DNA of 60,105 nucleotides, counting the filler. It is 7 parts of 7 records of this genome, joined end to end, with 100 filler letters (N's around TTAATTAATTAA, not from the genome) between each part and the next. Parts side by side here need not be neighbours in the genome. Positions count along the whole stretch, not along the records: positions 32,590 to 40,336 come from SRR31156797_14670; positions 40,437 to 54,361 come from SRR31156797_14672; 5 more parts are not named here. The stretch is one strand, 5' to 3'. Shown here in pieces: positions 36,392-46,378 of the stretch. Under the pieces are notes generated by a model. The model was not told the DNA's origin. It ran no database searches and saw only the letters and a list, made by a program, of their open reading frames with translations. Position 1 is the first letter of the stretch. Each line of letters starts with the position of its first letter. The position numbers and the translations under genes are program-made.

Positions 36392-39307
36392 ATGAGTAAA
36401 AATTCTGCTTCACTAGTCAATCGACTAAAGTTCTTTTTCTTGCTTTCCAATGCTCTAATCATTATTTCTGTTTTCATTTTCTTCACTGTTCTAAATATTA
36501 ATAGAACAGAAAAAGAGATTGTTGAAAAAAGAAATACTTATCCTAAATTATTAACAGAATCACTACTATATCCCTTATGGAGTATAGATGTTGATTATAT
36601 AAGAAATCTTTCAAATGTCTTTTTTAACAATCCAGATATTTTGTATCTTAGAGTTTTAGATAACACAGGGAAAATGATTTACGAAAATAAAAGTAATAAC
36701 TATACTTCTGATATTAAACTTATCAGTGAAGAAATATTTCTTGATGATCGTTTGATTGGAAAACTAGAACTTGCTCTTGATGAAACAGTTGTTGCAAACG
36801 AAGTAAAATCATTATTACTCGTTTTACTTCTAACCTTTTCATTGAGTTTAGTTACTTTATTTTTTATAACTGATTTTTTTGTAGTAATTTTTCTAAATAA
36901 TCAGCTGAATCTCTTAGAAAAAAATATCGAGAATATTGAAAATGGTAATTTTAATATAGTTAATTATGATCAGTACTATAAAGAGTTCGAAGTTTTTCTT
37001 AAAAGATTCTCAATAATGGGAGAAAAAATTAAGGAAAGAGAAGATGAATTAAAAAACTATAAAGAACATCTTGAATTATTAGTTGAAAAAAGAACCAGAG
37101 AGTTAAAAGAAGCCAAAGAAATTGCAGAAAAAGCTAATGAAGCTAAAAGTAGATTCATTGCTAATATGAGTCATGAATTAAGAACTCCGATGAACGCAAT
37201 TATTGGATTCAGCCACTTACTAAAAGATACTATGCTAAATAAAAAACAACAAGATTATGTTAGTAAACTTAGTACTTCTGCAGAAAATTTACTTGGGATA
37301 ATAAATGACATTTTAGATTTCTCAAAAATTGCTGCAGGAAAAATGAGAATAGAGTATGTTTCTTTTGAATTAAATGAGATTATAGAAAACATCTCAAATA
37401 TTATTGCTATTAAAGTTAGAGAAAAAAATCTTGATTTTATTATAAATAAAGATGAAAATGTTCCTGAGTATTTAGTCGGTGATCCACTAAGACTAAGTCA
37501 GGTTTTACTTAATCTGATAAATAATGCCGTTAAATTTACAAACCAAGGAAGCATCAAAATTAACATCACTCAAAAATCTAAATCTAAAACAGGTGCTGTT
37601 TTATACTTTGAAGTAGAAGATACAGGTATCGGGCTGGAACCGGATACATTGAATAGACTGTTTCTGGCATTTTCACAGGCTGATATGTCTACTACAAGAA
37701 AATATGGTGGTACAGGACTTGGTCTTAGCATTTCCAAAAGATTAGTAAACCTTATGGGCGGTCAAATCGGTGTACGAAGTGTTATGGGTGTTGGAAGTAC
37801 TTTCTATTTCACAGTTAATCTGAAACTTCCTGATGAAGAGTATAACATTGATAAAAAGAGTTATAATCTATTAAAAGATCTAAATATATTAGCAATCGAT
37901 TCAAATCACTCAATTAGAACTATCTTATGTGATTATTTTGATAAATTCTCACTCACTGCAACTGTTGAAGAAAGTTTCATAACTGCTAAAGCTAAAACAA
38001 GTGAGGAGTTTGATGTAATTCTTTATGATAGTAAAGATGATTTAGAGCAATGTTATGCTGAAATAAAGGAAATTTTAGAATTTTCCAGAAATAAGCCAAA
38101 AATAATACTTATGGCAAATAGAAATAACGCTGAGCTTGTTAATAAAACAAAACTTGATTTAATTAATGGTATTATTTTTAAACCCTTTAGTAAATCAGCT
38201 ATATATAATGCTATCTTAAATGTTTTTAAAGAAAACTATCTTAATCATGAATCAGCTATAAAAGAAGCTCCTGTATTTAAGAGTAAAATTGATTCCATTG
38301 ATTCGCCACATATTTTAGTAGTTGAAGATAATGAAGTTAATCAACAGGTTATTAATGAAATTCTTGTCAAAGAAGGATTCGAAGTTTCTCTGGCTGATAA
38401 TGGGGAAGCTGCTATTAAAATTATTGATGAGTTTGAATTTGATCTAATTTTAATGGATTTACAAATGCCTGTTAAAGACGGATTCCAGTGTAGTACCGAA
38501 CTGCGGCAGTTAGGATTAAAAATTCCAATCATTGCCCTTAGTGCCGATGTATTTGGCGGAATTCAAAAGAAAGTAATCAAATATGGAATGAATGATTACA
38601 TTGCAAAACCTGTTGATGTAGAAAAACTTATTAAAAAATTAAAAAAATGGCTACACCCTAAATATGAAAATTTCTATAAACACAAAAAATCAACTTCTTC
38701 TAACGAAGACAGTCAAAGTATCTTAGAACTAGAGAAAAAATTGAAAAAATTTGATGTAAGAATCGCTGTTAAAAGAATCGGTTCTATTGAATCCTACATA
38801 ACATTACTTAGAAAATTCCACTCGAACTCAAATACTTTGATTGATGATATTAAAGAGTTAATTCATTCTGAAAATTATGACGAGCTAAAAATGACCATTC
38901 ATACACTAAAAGGAGTAACTGGTAATATTGGAATTAAAGAAATATTCAATTTATGTACTACTATTGAAGGAAAATTAAATGATTCAGCGAAAAACTTAGA
39001 TGAGAATCAAATAAGTATGTTTCTTTCCAAGCTTTATACTACACTAAAACTAATAGAAAATTACCTAAAGGAAATAGACGATATAGAGCAGATTGATCTT
39101 AGTCCAAGTGAATATTCAGATGAACTTAAGAAAATGCTAGTGAAACTTAAGTCATATCTTGAAGATGAAGATTTGGAAGCAGTAACATACTTTAGGAAGA
39201 TTAAGAAAAAATATCCTGTATCAGAGTTTAATAAATTAGAAGAATCACTTCAAAATTATGATTTCTCTGAATCACTTGAACTTCTGAAATTACTCCTGCA
39301 ACCCTAA
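36392..39307 (+). CDS. Membrane hybrid sensor kinase (TM-HAMP-HisKA-HATPase-REC*-REC-HPt)
   Basis: [37 protein letters not shown], a degenerate first REC, a canonical second REC (LMDLQMP), HPt HTLKG. Confidence 0.93.
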   Translation: MSKNSASLVNRLKFFFLLSNALIIISVFIFFTVLNINRTEKEIVEKRNTYPKLLTESLLYPLWSIDVDYIRNLSNVFFNNPDILYLRVLDNTGKMIYENKSNNYTSDIKLISEEIFLDDRLIGKLELALDETVVANEVKSLLLVLLLTFSLSLVTLFFITDFFVVIFLNNQLNLLEKNIENIENGNFNIVNYDQYYKEFEVFLKRFSIMGEKIKEREDELKNYKEHLELLVEKRTRELKEAKEIAEKANEAKSRFIANMSHELRTPMNAIIGFSHLLKDTMLNKKQQDYVSKLSTSAENLLGIINDILDFSKIAAGKMRIEYVSFELNEIIENISNIIAIKVREKNLDFIINKDENVPEYLVGDPLRLSQVLLNLINNAVKFTNQGSIKINITQKSKSKTGAVLYFEVEDTGIGLEPDTLNRLFLAFSQADMSTTRKYGGTGLGLSISKRLVNLMGGQIGVRSVMGVGSTFYFTVNLKLPDEEYNIDKKSYNLLKDLNILAIDSNHSIRTILCDYFDKFSLTATVEESFITAKAKTSEEFDVILYDSKDDLEQCYAEIKEILEFSRNKPKIILMANRNNAELVNKTKLDLINGIIFKPFSKSAIYNAILNVFKENYLNHESAIKEAPVFKSKIDSIDSPHILVVEDNEVNQQVINEILVKEGFEVSLADNGEAAIKIIDEFEFDLILMDLQMPVKDGFQCSTELRQLGLKIPIIALSADVFGGIQKKVIKYGMNDYIAKPVDVEKLIKKLKKWLHPKYENFYKHKKSTSSNEDSQSILELEKKLKKFDVRIAVKRIGSIESYITLLRKFHSNSNTLIDDIKELIHSENYDELKMTIHTLKGVTGNIGIKEIFNLCTTIEGKLNDSAKNLDENQISMFLSKLYTTLKLIENYLKEIDDIEQIDLSPSEYSDELKKMLVKLKSYLEDEDLEAVTYFRKIKKKYPVSEFNKLEESLQNYDFSESLELLKLLLQP

Positions 39308-39397
39308 ATATATTAGCTATTCAATGAATAATATACTATACTTTATAGTGAAGAATAAAAGTTATGATTTTAAAATTGAGTTCTCGGTGGTGAGATT

Positions 39398-40336
39398 ATG
39401 AACAAAAAAAGTATATCCTTAATATCAAGGTTAAAATTTTTCTTTATTTTATCAAATACATTTATCATTTTAATTGTTTTTCTATTCTTTTCCCTGTCAA
39501 CTATTAGGAAAACAGAAAATGAATTAAATAGAAAAGAAACAAACTACGCAGAAAGTCTTATAGATTCTATGTTTTATCCTTTGTGGAATCTTGACTTTGA
39601 TTACTTAAAAAATATCTGTGATATTTTCTTCAATAATCCGGATATTATTTACCTTAAAATAATTGATGACCTGGGTAGAGTTGTATATGAAAATAAATCC
39701 AGTGATTTTAACGATGATCTGCCTATTATCGAAAATGATATTGTTGCAGATGATGTTTTACTAGGTAAAGTTGTAATCGGAATTGATCATAGTATTTTAT
39801 TAGATGAAGTTAAGTCACTTCTATTTATACTCTCCATTACACTTGCGCTGAGTTTGGTGACCTTGTTTTTGATCACTGATGCTTTTGTTGCGATATTTGT
39901 CAATAAACAAGTTAAAATGCTGGAGAAGAACATTGAGCGTATAGAAGAGGGTGAATTCATAGTAGAAAACTATGAAAGTTATTACAAGGAGTTTAGAGCG
40001 TTTCTTAAACGATTTGCTGTTATGGGTAAAAAGATCAAAGAGAGAGAAAATGAACTACAGAAATATAAAGAACATCTAGAGGTTCTCGTTATCAAAAGAA
40101 CCGAGCAATTACAAAATGCCAAAGATGAAGCTGATAGAGCAAACCAAGCCAAAAGTAGATTTATTGCAAATATGAGTCATGAATTAAGAACTCCTATGAA
40201 TGCAATAATCGGTTTCAGTCATCTCCTTGAAACAACTAATTTAACTAATAAACAGATAGATTATGTTTCGAAATTAGGAAGCGCTGCAGAAAATTTATTA
40301 GGAATTATTAATGATATTCTTGATTTTTCTAAAATT
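39398..40336 (+). CDS. Paralogous membrane hybrid sensor kinase, 3' truncated
   Basis: Same N-terminal layout as 36392-39307 ([26 protein letters not shown]) and the same [23 protein letters not shown]. Runs into the spacer. Confidence 0.9.
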
Positions 40337-40436
40337 NNNNNNNNNNNNNNNNNNNNNNNNNNNNNNNNNNNNNNNNNNNNTTAATTAATTAANNNNNNNN
40401 NNNNNNNNNNNNNNNNNNNNNNNNNNNNNNNNNNNN
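40337..40436. other. Artificial contig spacer
   Basis: N44-TTAATTAATTAA-N44. Confidence 0.98.
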
Positions 40437-40859
40437 ACGGCAATACAAAATGAAATTTCTAGGAACAGGGGCAACAATTCGGAGCTATACGGCATGCTCG
40501 GGGATCTCTATTTTGAACGAAAAGACTTTGGAAAGGCCGAAAATTCCTATCAAACCGCCCTGGAGCTTCAGCCGGAAAATGCCGTTGTGTTGAACAATTA
40601 TGCCTGGTTGTTGGCAACTTGTGAAGATACGACGATCAGGGATCCGAAATCTGCACTCAATCTCGCGCAAAAGGCGGCTGTTATCGAGCCAACAGCACAT
40701 GTCATGGACACATTGGCCGAGGCTCTGTTTTTGAACGGAAAAACGGCACAGGCAGTTGAATCGGCAAAGGCAGCACTGGAATCTGCCAGGACCAACCGCA
40801 CCTACTACAAAGGGCAGCTTAAAAAATTTCAAACTGCCCTTGAAAAACCGACGGAGTAA
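40437..40859 (+). CDS. TPR-containing protein, C-terminal fragment
   Basis: Frame is open from the contig start. LGDLYF...A...Y..AL, LNNYAWLLAT, DTLAEALF..G...A. Confidence 0.8.
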   Translation, partial: TAIQNEISRNRGNNSELYGMLGDLYFERKDFGKAENSYQTALELQPENAVVLNNYAWLLATCEDTTIRDPKSALNLAQKAAVIEPTAHVMDTLAEALFLNGKTAQAVESAKAALESARTNRTYYKGQLKKFQTALEKPTE

Positions 40860-40990
40860 GGGTTCGAGGGGTTGAAACAACCAATGTACGCCGTATCCCC
40901 ATCCGATTGCGTTTGCAACGGTGCCGCAGATACAAGGCCCCGAGCATGCAGTCGTACGGGTTTACTTCAAGTGCCCGGAAACGCATACCC

Positions 40991-43306
40991 CTATTTAATG
41001 CAGACTTTTCTTACTTCCAACAAATCACAATATCCCTGAAATATTTTTGAGATACCGTCCTGTTTTAGGGTTGCCATTCCGTCCTTGACAGCCTGACCAC
41101 GTAGTTTGACCATTTCGGCTTTGTTCTGAATCAGTTTTTTCATCTCATCGGTGCCCATGAGCAGTTCATGGATTCCCATGCGCCCTTTGTAGCCGGTATT
41201 GCTGCAAAGATCACAACCTTCTGCTTTGTAGAGTTCCAGGTCATCGCTATAGGGGATGTTCAGTGTACTGGCAAAGTCTTCTTCACCATATTCGCGCACC
41301 AACTCGTCATACTCCTCACGACTGGGATGATATTTTCGTTTGCAGGTTTTGCACAAGGTCCGGACCAGGCGCTGCGCAAGAATACATAAAATTGCATCTG
41401 CAAAATTGAAAGGATCCATTCCCATATCCAAAAGTCGCGTAATACTTTCAGGAGCACTATTGGTATGCAATGTTGAAAAAACCAGATGCCCCGTAAGGGA
41501 GGCCTCAATACCGATAGAGGTCGTCTCCTTGTCCCGCATTTCACCGACCATGATAACGTCAGGGTCGGCTCGCAAGAAGGATCGCATCGCTGCTGCAAAA
41601 TCAAATCCGATCTTGGCCTTAACCTGTACTTGACGTAAACCCCGCTGGGTAATTTCTACCGGGTCTTCCGCTGTCCAGATCTTGGTCTCCGTTTTGTTGA
41701 TGAAGCTCAAAGCGGAATGCAACGTCGTCGTTTTTCCAGAACCTGTCGGGCCGCAAACAAAAACCAACCCGTAAGGTTTGGTTACGCAACGGATGAAATT
41801 TTTGTGGTTGTGTTTGGAAAAACCCATTTTGTCCAAAGGAATGGGCTCACCGGCAGCCAGAATACGCATGACCACATCTTCAAGCCCCCCTTGCGTAGGA
41901 ATGGTTGCCACACGAAGCTCGATATCTTTGCCACCGTATTTCTTGAATCTGATTTTTCCGTCCTGGGGAAGTCGGCGTTCGGCGATATCCAGGTCGGACA
42001 TGATTTTTATTCTGGAAACCACTGCATTCTTATAGGAAAACGGAATGGTCTGGTAAATGGTACACGATCCGTCCACACGAATACGAACCTGGGTATTCTG
42101 TTTTCCGGGATAGGGTTCGATATGAATGTCCGATGCGTTGCGGCTATAGGCATCCAAAATAATTTTATTCACCAATTGGACAACGGCACTGTCCTCTTCT
42201 CCCACACCGGATTCAGCCTCTTCGACTTCATCTGATTCATCCTGAAGCTGGGAGAGGATGTCGTCGATTTCCGCCAGTTCGGTCTCGTCTTGCGTAAACA
42301 ACTTGATGAAATCAAGAATGTCCTGCTTTAATCCCACAAAAAAGGTAACGGGACGACCGGGGAACAGCGCCTTGATTTCATCGATTTTCTTCAAATCATA
42401 GGGATTGTCTACAGCGATGACAACTTTGTTGTCATCGCTTTTGAGCGGCACCCATATATTGTTTCTCATGAAAGGAACTTTTAGCCCCGTCATAAGATCC
42501 CCGGGTATGGGATAATTGGCGTTGTATTCGATAAAACTGGTTTTGTAGTACTTTTCCAGAGCACTGCCGATCTCTTTTTTGGGAACCTTATACTCTTTGA
42601 TCAATATTGAAGAGACCGGTTCTTTTCTCTGTGCGGCATCGGCGACGGCTTTGGCCAACTCTTTTTGCGTGAGCAAATTATTTTCAAACAGATAATCATA
42701 TTTATTGGTTCGACCGCTTCTTACGGAAAGCCGCTTTTGATTGTATAGCGCAACACCGAGAATCTTGGACAACTCCTGAACGGCCTTTTCCTCGGAGGGT
42801 CCGAACTCCCCCTTTGTTTTACGATTAACCAGTTCCAGCGCTCCCATTAAATACTTTTGGTAAAGGATGGGATGCGCTAAAATTTGTTTGGTTCGGTACC
42901 CTGTTCTACGGTCCCAACTGGAATCGAACTGAAGGACAGGGTCGATTTTAGTTAGTGCTTTGTCATCATAGGTATCTTTAACGTTGACCAATTTCTGTTT
43001 GAACGCGCAGTATCCAGCGATACTGTTGGGCGCTACCGGCAATCGGATTTCGGCGATCTCGCCGCCCGATTTGAGGCGTGAGACCAATTCCCGTTTTACA
43101 CCATCGACGACGTATACGGTGATACGGTCCGCACCGAACAGTTCACAAATTTCGTCTTTTAAATTGATCAACGTCTCGCCGAGGTTGTTGGCCTGGCTCA
43201 ACCGTTTTCCAATCGCATTGATAGTGTTGCGATAGTGGGATTCGACTTTAAAAGTCTGCCCGACACCGCCTTCGGATGACAAGGGAACTGCTTCTGCATT
43301 GGCCAT
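40991..43306 (-). CDS. GspE/PilB-family ATPase with N-terminal GAF domain
   Basis: GAF (ADRITVY...SIAGY...FD..D..TGY.T..IL..PI). ASDIHIEP, LDIAERRLPQDG, Walker A GPTGSGKT, AEDPVE, LRADPD...GEMRD, TGHLV.STLHTN, CxxC...CxxC. Confidence 0.92.
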   Translation of the reverse strand: MANAEAVPLSSEGGVGQTFKVESHYRNTINAIGKRLSQANNLGETLINLKDEICELFGADRITVYVVDGVKRELVSRLKSGGEIAEIRLPVAPNSIAGYCAFKQKLVNVKDTYDDKALTKIDPVLQFDSSWDRRTGYRTKQILAHPILYQKYLMGALELVNRKTKGEFGPSEEKAVQELSKILGVALYNQKRLSVRSGRTNKYDYLFENNLLTQKELAKAVADAAQRKEPVSSILIKEYKVPKKEIGSALEKYYKTSFIEYNANYPIPGDLMTGLKVPFMRNNIWVPLKSDDNKVVIAVDNPYDLKKIDEIKALFPGRPVTFFVGLKQDILDFIKLFTQDETELAEIDDILSQLQDESDEVEEAESGVGEEDSAVVQLVNKIILDAYSRNASDIHIEPYPGKQNTQVRIRVDGSCTIYQTIPFSYKNAVVSRIKIMSDLDIAERRLPQDGKIRFKKYGGKDIELRVATIPTQGGLEDVVMRILAAGEPIPLDKMGFSKHNHKNFIRCVTKPYGLVFVCGPTGSGKTTTLHSALSFINKTETKIWTAEDPVEITQRGLRQVQVKAKIGFDFAAAMRSFLRADPDVIMVGEMRDKETTSIGIEASLTGHLVFSTLHTNSAPESITRLLDMGMDPFNFADAILCILAQRLVRTLCKTCKRKYHPSREEYDELVREYGEEDFASTLNIPYSDDLELYKAEGCDLCSNTGYKGRMGIHELLMGTDEMKKLIQNKAEMVKLRGQAVKDGMATLKQDGISKIFQGYCDLLEVRKVCIK

Positions 43307-43335
43307 AATTTTCGTTCGCTTCTATCAGTAGGTAA

Positions 43336-43578
43336 TCAGCGTCCATTCGATTGGCTGTTTTTCCTCATGTGATGGAACACCTTTTTACATCCACCTCCAA
43401 TGAGAAAAACAGCCATAAAATAAAAACAAAACCGGATAACACCGGAAGCCTCTGCAAAAATTGGAATTTCCATTATTTTCGGCATTACCTGGGGCAACCG
43501 GTAAAAGACGCCCAAACCGGCAAGAATTAACGCGATTCCCCAAACCAACTGAATTTGGCCTGCATTTTTGTCAGCCAT
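43336..43578 (-). CDS. Small two-TM hypothetical membrane protein
   Basis: Two hydrophobic helices; GGAG RBS; co-oriented within the gene run. Confidence 0.65.
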   Translation of the reverse strand: MADKNAGQIQLVWGIALILAGLGVFYRLPQVMPKIMEIPIFAEASGVIRFCFYFMAVFLIGGGCKKVFHHMRKNSQSNGR

Positions 43579-43599
43579 GTTGTCGCTGCTCCAAATCGA

Positions 43600-44031
43600 T
43601 TAAATGGTGTATAATCGTTCGCCGTCGATTACTTTAACACCGTTTTCCTGAAGCAGTCGGATCGCCTCTTCATCCTTTTCGATACGGAAAATCATCACTG
43701 CGTTGTCTCCGGAAGATCTTACAAAGGCGTACATATATTCGACATTGATACCGGCCTTGTAAAAAAGGGTCAGGATGCTGTGGAGTCCACCAGGCCTGTC
43801 GGGTACTTCAACGGCCACAACATTGGTTTTCCCTACGGTAAATCCGTTGTTTTTCAGCACCTGACGCGCTCTCTCCGTGTCGTCGACCAGCAACCGCAGC
43901 ACACCGAAGTCGGATGTGTCGGCCAGGGCAAGCGCTCGGATGTTGACTTCCGATTCCGCTAAAATGGCTGTAACTTCAGAAAGCCGTCCGCTTTTGTTCT
44001 CCAAAAATACTGAAATTTGTTCTACTTGCAT
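43600..44031 (-). CDS. ACT-domain protein (double ACT, usually next to paaK)
   Basis: [13 protein letters not shown]...[23 protein letters not shown]...[11 protein letters not shown] at 44031 after GGAGG. Confidence 0.92.
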   Translation of the reverse strand: MQVEQISVFLENKSGRLSEVTAILAESEVNIRALALADTSDFGVLRLLVDDTERARQVLKNNGFTVGKTNVVAVEVPDRPGGLHSILTLFYKAGINVEYMYAFVRSSGDNAVMIFRIEKDEEAIRLLQENGVKVIDGERLYTI

Positions 44032-44101
44032 CGGTTCCTCCACTTATTCATCGGTCATGGAATCAATCGACTTAAGCCAAAGGTTTCACTTTTTTAAACA
44101 A

Positions 44102-45403
44102 TCAGAGTTCACGATTGTCCACAACCCGAACAGCCTTCCCCTGGCTTCTGTCGATCGCCTTTGGTTCAACGAGTTTAATTTGCGCTGAAACCCCCAACAA
44201 CTCTTTGATATTCTTTCTAATACGCTTTTCGAGAACCTGCAGCCCCCTTACTTCGTCAGTAAAACTGCCCTCACTGACTTCAACCTTCACCGTCAGCACA
44301 TCCAGGTTGTCTTTTCGGTCCACAACCAGCTGGTAATGTGGTTCAACTTCGTCCGATTCCATCAGCACACTTTCGATCTGAGAGGGAAATACGTTTACAC
44401 CGCGAATGATAAGCATATCGTCGCTCCGCCCGGTCACACGGTTCATACGAAGGTGCGTCCTGCCGCAGGTGCAGGGTTCCGGGTTTAAGGAGGTGATATC
44501 CCGGGTGCGGTATCGGATTACCGGGAAGGCTTCTTTTGAAAGGGAAGTGAAGACCAATTCACCGGTTTCTCCATAAGGGAGGGGCTCAAGGGTCTTCGGG
44601 TCAACGATTTCCGGAATAAAATGGTCTTCGAAAATATGCAGCCCATTTTTCTCCTCGTAGCATTCGATGGCAACACCGGGCCCCATCACTTCACTGAGAC
44701 CATAGATGTCTACAGCGGTCAAATTGAGTTTATGCTCGATTTCTTCCCGCATCTTTTCCGACCACGGCTCCGCTCCGAAAATACCGAATTTAAAATTCAG
44801 TGAGTCAAAGGAGACACCAACCTCTTCGGCAACTTCCGCAAGATGCAAGGCATAGGAAGGTGTACAGGTGATAATGGTTGGGCCGAAATCCTTCATGATC
44901 AAGACTTGACGTTTGGTATTCCCACCGGAAACGGGAATAACGGAGGCACCGAGCCGCTCGGCGCCGTAATGGACCCCCAAACCTCCGGTAAACAGGCCGT
45001 AGCCGTATGCGTTATGAATGATATCCCCCCGGCTGGCTCCGCCGGCTGCAAGAGCCCGTGCCATGAGATTGGACCATGTACCGATGTCCCTTGCGGTATA
45101 ACCGACAACTGTCGGTTTACCCGTGGTACCGGATGAAGCATGAATGCGAACCACATTGTCCATGGGAACGGCGAACATGTTAAACGGATAGTTATCGCGC
45201 AGATCTTTTTTGGTGGTGAACGGGATTTTTCTCAGATCGGACAAGCTCTTTATGTCGGCAGGAAGAACATCTGCTTTGTTGAAAGCGTCTTTATAAAAAG
45301 GAACGCTGCTGTATACACGCGCCAACGTGCTCTGCAGACGCCTGAGCTGGATGGCCTCCAGCGCTTCACGCGGCATGGTTTCGTATTCAATGTCGTGGAT
45401 CAT
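44102..45403 (-). CDS. paaK: Phenylacetate-CoA ligase
   Basis: [63 protein letters not shown]. Confidence 0.95.
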   Translation of the reverse strand: MIHDIEYETMPREALEAIQLRRLQSTLARVYSSVPFYKDAFNKADVLPADIKSLSDLRKIPFTTKKDLRDNYPFNMFAVPMDNVVRIHASSGTTGKPTVVGYTARDIGTWSNLMARALAAGGASRGDIIHNAYGYGLFTGGLGVHYGAERLGASVIPVSGGNTKRQVLIMKDFGPTIITCTPSYALHLAEVAEEVGVSFDSLNFKFGIFGAEPWSEKMREEIEHKLNLTAVDIYGLSEVMGPGVAIECYEEKNGLHIFEDHFIPEIVDPKTLEPLPYGETGELVFTSLSKEAFPVIRYRTRDITSLNPEPCTCGRTHLRMNRVTGRSDDMLIIRGVNVFPSQIESVLMESDEVEPHYQLVVDRKDNLDVLTVKVEVSEGSFTDEVRGLQVLEKRIRKNIKELLGVSAQIKLVEPKAIDRSQGKAVRVVDNREL

Positions 45404-45456
45404 ACGTCACTCTCTTTCTATGTCTCAAAAGGATTGAAACAATCTTTTTCAAATCC

Positions 45457-45502
45457 ATAGAAAAAAAGGCCAAGAGGATTCCCTCACAGCCCTTTTTTCT
45501 AT
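45457..45502. terminator. Long imperfect hairpin between the hydratase and paaK (candidate terminator)
   Basis: ATAGAAAAAAAGG...GAGG attc CCTC...CCTTTTTTCTAT. Confidence 0.5.
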
Positions 45503-45553
45503 TTGTTTATACTTTCGCATGGTCGTCGTCACCCAAAAGCAGCGGTCGTTTCT

Positions 45554-46345
45554 TTACTGATTGAGTGACCCTTTGAATTCAGCTTTCCTTTTTTCCAGAA
45601 AAGCGCTGGTCCCTTCTTTGGCATCCTCACTGGCCATGCAAACGGCGAATGCATCCATTTCGATGCGGCATCCGGTGGCAAGATCCACGTTCAATCCGTT
45701 ATTAACGGCCTGCTTGGCTGCGCGGAGGGAAACCTTTCCTTTCGAACTGATGGCTTTCGCCGTCTTCAAGGTCTCTTCCAACAACGAAGCCAGAGGAACC
45801 ACACGGTTCACAAGGCCTATCTTTTCAGCATCATTAGCAGGAATCATCTTGCCCGTAAAGATCAGCTCCTTTGCCATGTTGCTTCCGATCAGACGCGGTA
45901 ATCTCTGGGTACCACCGAAACCAGGAATGATCCCGAGGCTGATCTCGGGAAGTCCGAACATTGCATCTTCCGATGCATAAATGAAATCGCAGGCCAGGGC
46001 CATTTCACTTCCACCGCCAAGGGCGAAGCCGTTGACAGCCGCAATGACGGGAATCGAAAGCGCCTGAAGACGGCCGATGGTCGACTGCCCTTTTCCAGCA
46101 AAAACTTTTGCCTGCAGGGCATTGAAAGTCGCCAGTTCGGTAATGTCCGCGCCCGCCACAAAGGATTTCTCTCCGGATCCCGTCAAGATCAAAACACGGA
46201 TCTCTTCATCATTTTCGATTCTTCCCAAGGCATCGTTCAATTCATTCAGCAATTCGGCATTCAGGGCATTCAAGGCTTTGGGACGGTTAAACGTGATCGT
46301 GGCGATGTTGTCCTCTACTTCGAAAAGAATGTTCGTATACTCCAT
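45554..46345 (-). CDS. Enoyl-CoA hydratase (crotonase family)
   Basis: NRPKALNAL, FVAGADI, AAVNGFALGGGSE, FGLPE..LG..PGFGGTQRL. Confidence 0.93.
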   Translation of the reverse strand: MEYTNILFEVEDNIATITFNRPKALNALNAELLNELNDALGRIENDEEIRVLILTGSGEKSFVAGADITELATFNALQAKVFAGKGQSTIGRLQALSIPVIAAVNGFALGGGSEMALACDFIYASEDAMFGLPEISLGIIPGFGGTQRLPRLIGSNMAKELIFTGKMIPANDAEKIGLVNRVVPLASLLEETLKTAKAISSKGKVSLRAAKQAVNNGLNVDLATGCRIEMDAFAVCMASEDAKEGTSAFLEKRKAEFKGSLNQ

Positions 46346-46378
46346 AGCTGTCTTCTCCTAGTGGTGAAAGTTGGTTTA

